Assembly: GCF_006345805.1 (NCBI RefSeq) | Contig: NC_042998.1 | Span: forward strand, 169,322,001 to 169,386,000 | Direction of reading: 5' to 3' | Source of the DNA: Octopus sinensis | Lineage: Eukaryota | DNA length: 64,000 bases | Part shown: positions 63,015 to 64,000 of the stretch, piece by piece | Numbering within the stretch: position 1 is the stretch's first letter | How the letters are laid out: every line of letters begins with the position of its first letter | The notes under the pieces: model-generated | Database searches by the model: none | Told to the model about the DNA's origin: nothing | What the model saw: only the letters and a program-made list of their open reading frames with translations | Translations under genes and position numbers: made by a program

Positions 63015-64000
63015 AGTGTGTTTCTTAAACGTGACAGTCGAGTTGGAAGTATTATTTGTATTGTTTACCGTGCCATTATTGGATTACCTTTGTTAGATTA
63101 CCTTTATTTTTGGATATTGTTAAAAATTGTTAAAAACTCTTGTTATTTCTGTGAAAGAACTGCCTTTGAGGGTAGGCCAAATTATGGCCAGCCCGGGAAG
63201 GACGGCAAACCTAATTGTGGCGAGACCAGAGAAAACGGCAAGCTGAATTATGGTAAGCCCAGGAAAAATGCCAAACCAAATTATGGCGAAAACGGCAAGC
63301 CAAAACTCAAGAAAAACGGCAAGCAAAATCATGGCGAGACCAGGAAAAACGGCTAGCCAAACTGCGGTTAGCCCAGAAAAAACAGAAGAGGAGTTGGAAA
63401 GAATCGGCGAATTGAAGTTGCTTTCAGACTCTGAGGAGAACGAAAACAAAAATGAGAAAAAAAGGCTGCAGGTTCGAAAGAACATAGATGTGCCTAGTCT
63501 AGCGAAAAAACAGCTGAATTTCGCAGAAGCAGCAGGCACCAAGGAAAAGAAAATCGAACTCACAAACCTAGAGGAACTCAAAAAGGATATGAAAAAAGAA
63601 GGATACGAGACAAAAATCGTACAACCAAGAGAAGTAAAAGAGAATGTAGAAAGAAAAACAATCATATATAAAACATATAGAAGCAAAGAAAAGAAGATCG
63701 AATTTACAGCAGAAAGAGAAGTGGAGGCATGCCTCGAGCCTATTTGGAGCAAAGCAGAATACATTGCAAGGGGGGAAAGGTACGGCACAATAGAGGTATG
63801 GTTCGAGTACGAGGAGGAAGCAAGGCTTCACTCAATGAACCCACTGAAAACGGAAATAGTGACGCTTCTGCCCATCTATAAGGGCAGAAGGATGTCCAAA
63901 GTAACCATATCGAATGATCCGCCGGAAATCGAACCGGAGCAGATAGTTGCAGCAATTACTTTGGGCCTAGAGGAGAGACTAGAGATTAGAGATGCAACGG
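63015..64000 (+). mobile_element. Tx1-clade element 8, 5' part (runs off the window)
   Basis: ORF1 from ATG 63184 has one in-frame TGA at 63244, then is open from 63250 to the window end. Homologous to element 7 ORF1 (LNFAEAA, RYGTIEV, LLPIYKGRR). Confidence 0.88.

Noticed and set aside
35338-63788. Many antisense ORFs of 60-220 aa over the Tx1 elements
   Set aside because: Expected shadows of purine-rich sense ORFs, with no independent conservation visible.

Overview
AT-rich, microsatellite-dense animal genomic DNA. The SINE families resemble those of octopus, which is inferred from recognition and not from a database search. The only host protein-coding sequence found is two exons of a ZNF474-like C2HC zinc-finger gene (31365-31544, 33750-33932), and there is one intact tRNA-Asp(GTC) gene. 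The left half holds SINEs, MITEs, LINE and Penelope relics, a complete but decayed hAT element, an intact DD34D mariner, and five type-I hammerhead ribozyme motifs at three loci. One of these loci is a ~470-nt tandem/inverted retrozyme-like array set between (TA)n tracts. The right half (34.6 kb to the window end) is a same-strand cluster of eight Tx1/L1-clade elements. Four retain ORF2, three encode ORF1 only, and one is cut by the window edge. Main findings: (1) the first three elements sit in the A-box of a tRNA-derived SINE with a 14-15 bp duplication at every junction, and that SINE carries the same ~45-nt 3' tail as the LINEs, so the LINE appears to target the SINE it mobilises; (2) a diverged ORF1-only partner family exists; (3) the second array appears to grow by insertion into the 5' leaders of sibling elements; (4) a covarying 3'UTR hairpin/pseudoknot is shared; (5) a 34-bp tail insertion places a stop codon in the ZNF474-like exon. 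All structures were read by eye with no folding, alignment or database search, and several single-base indels may be assembly errors.
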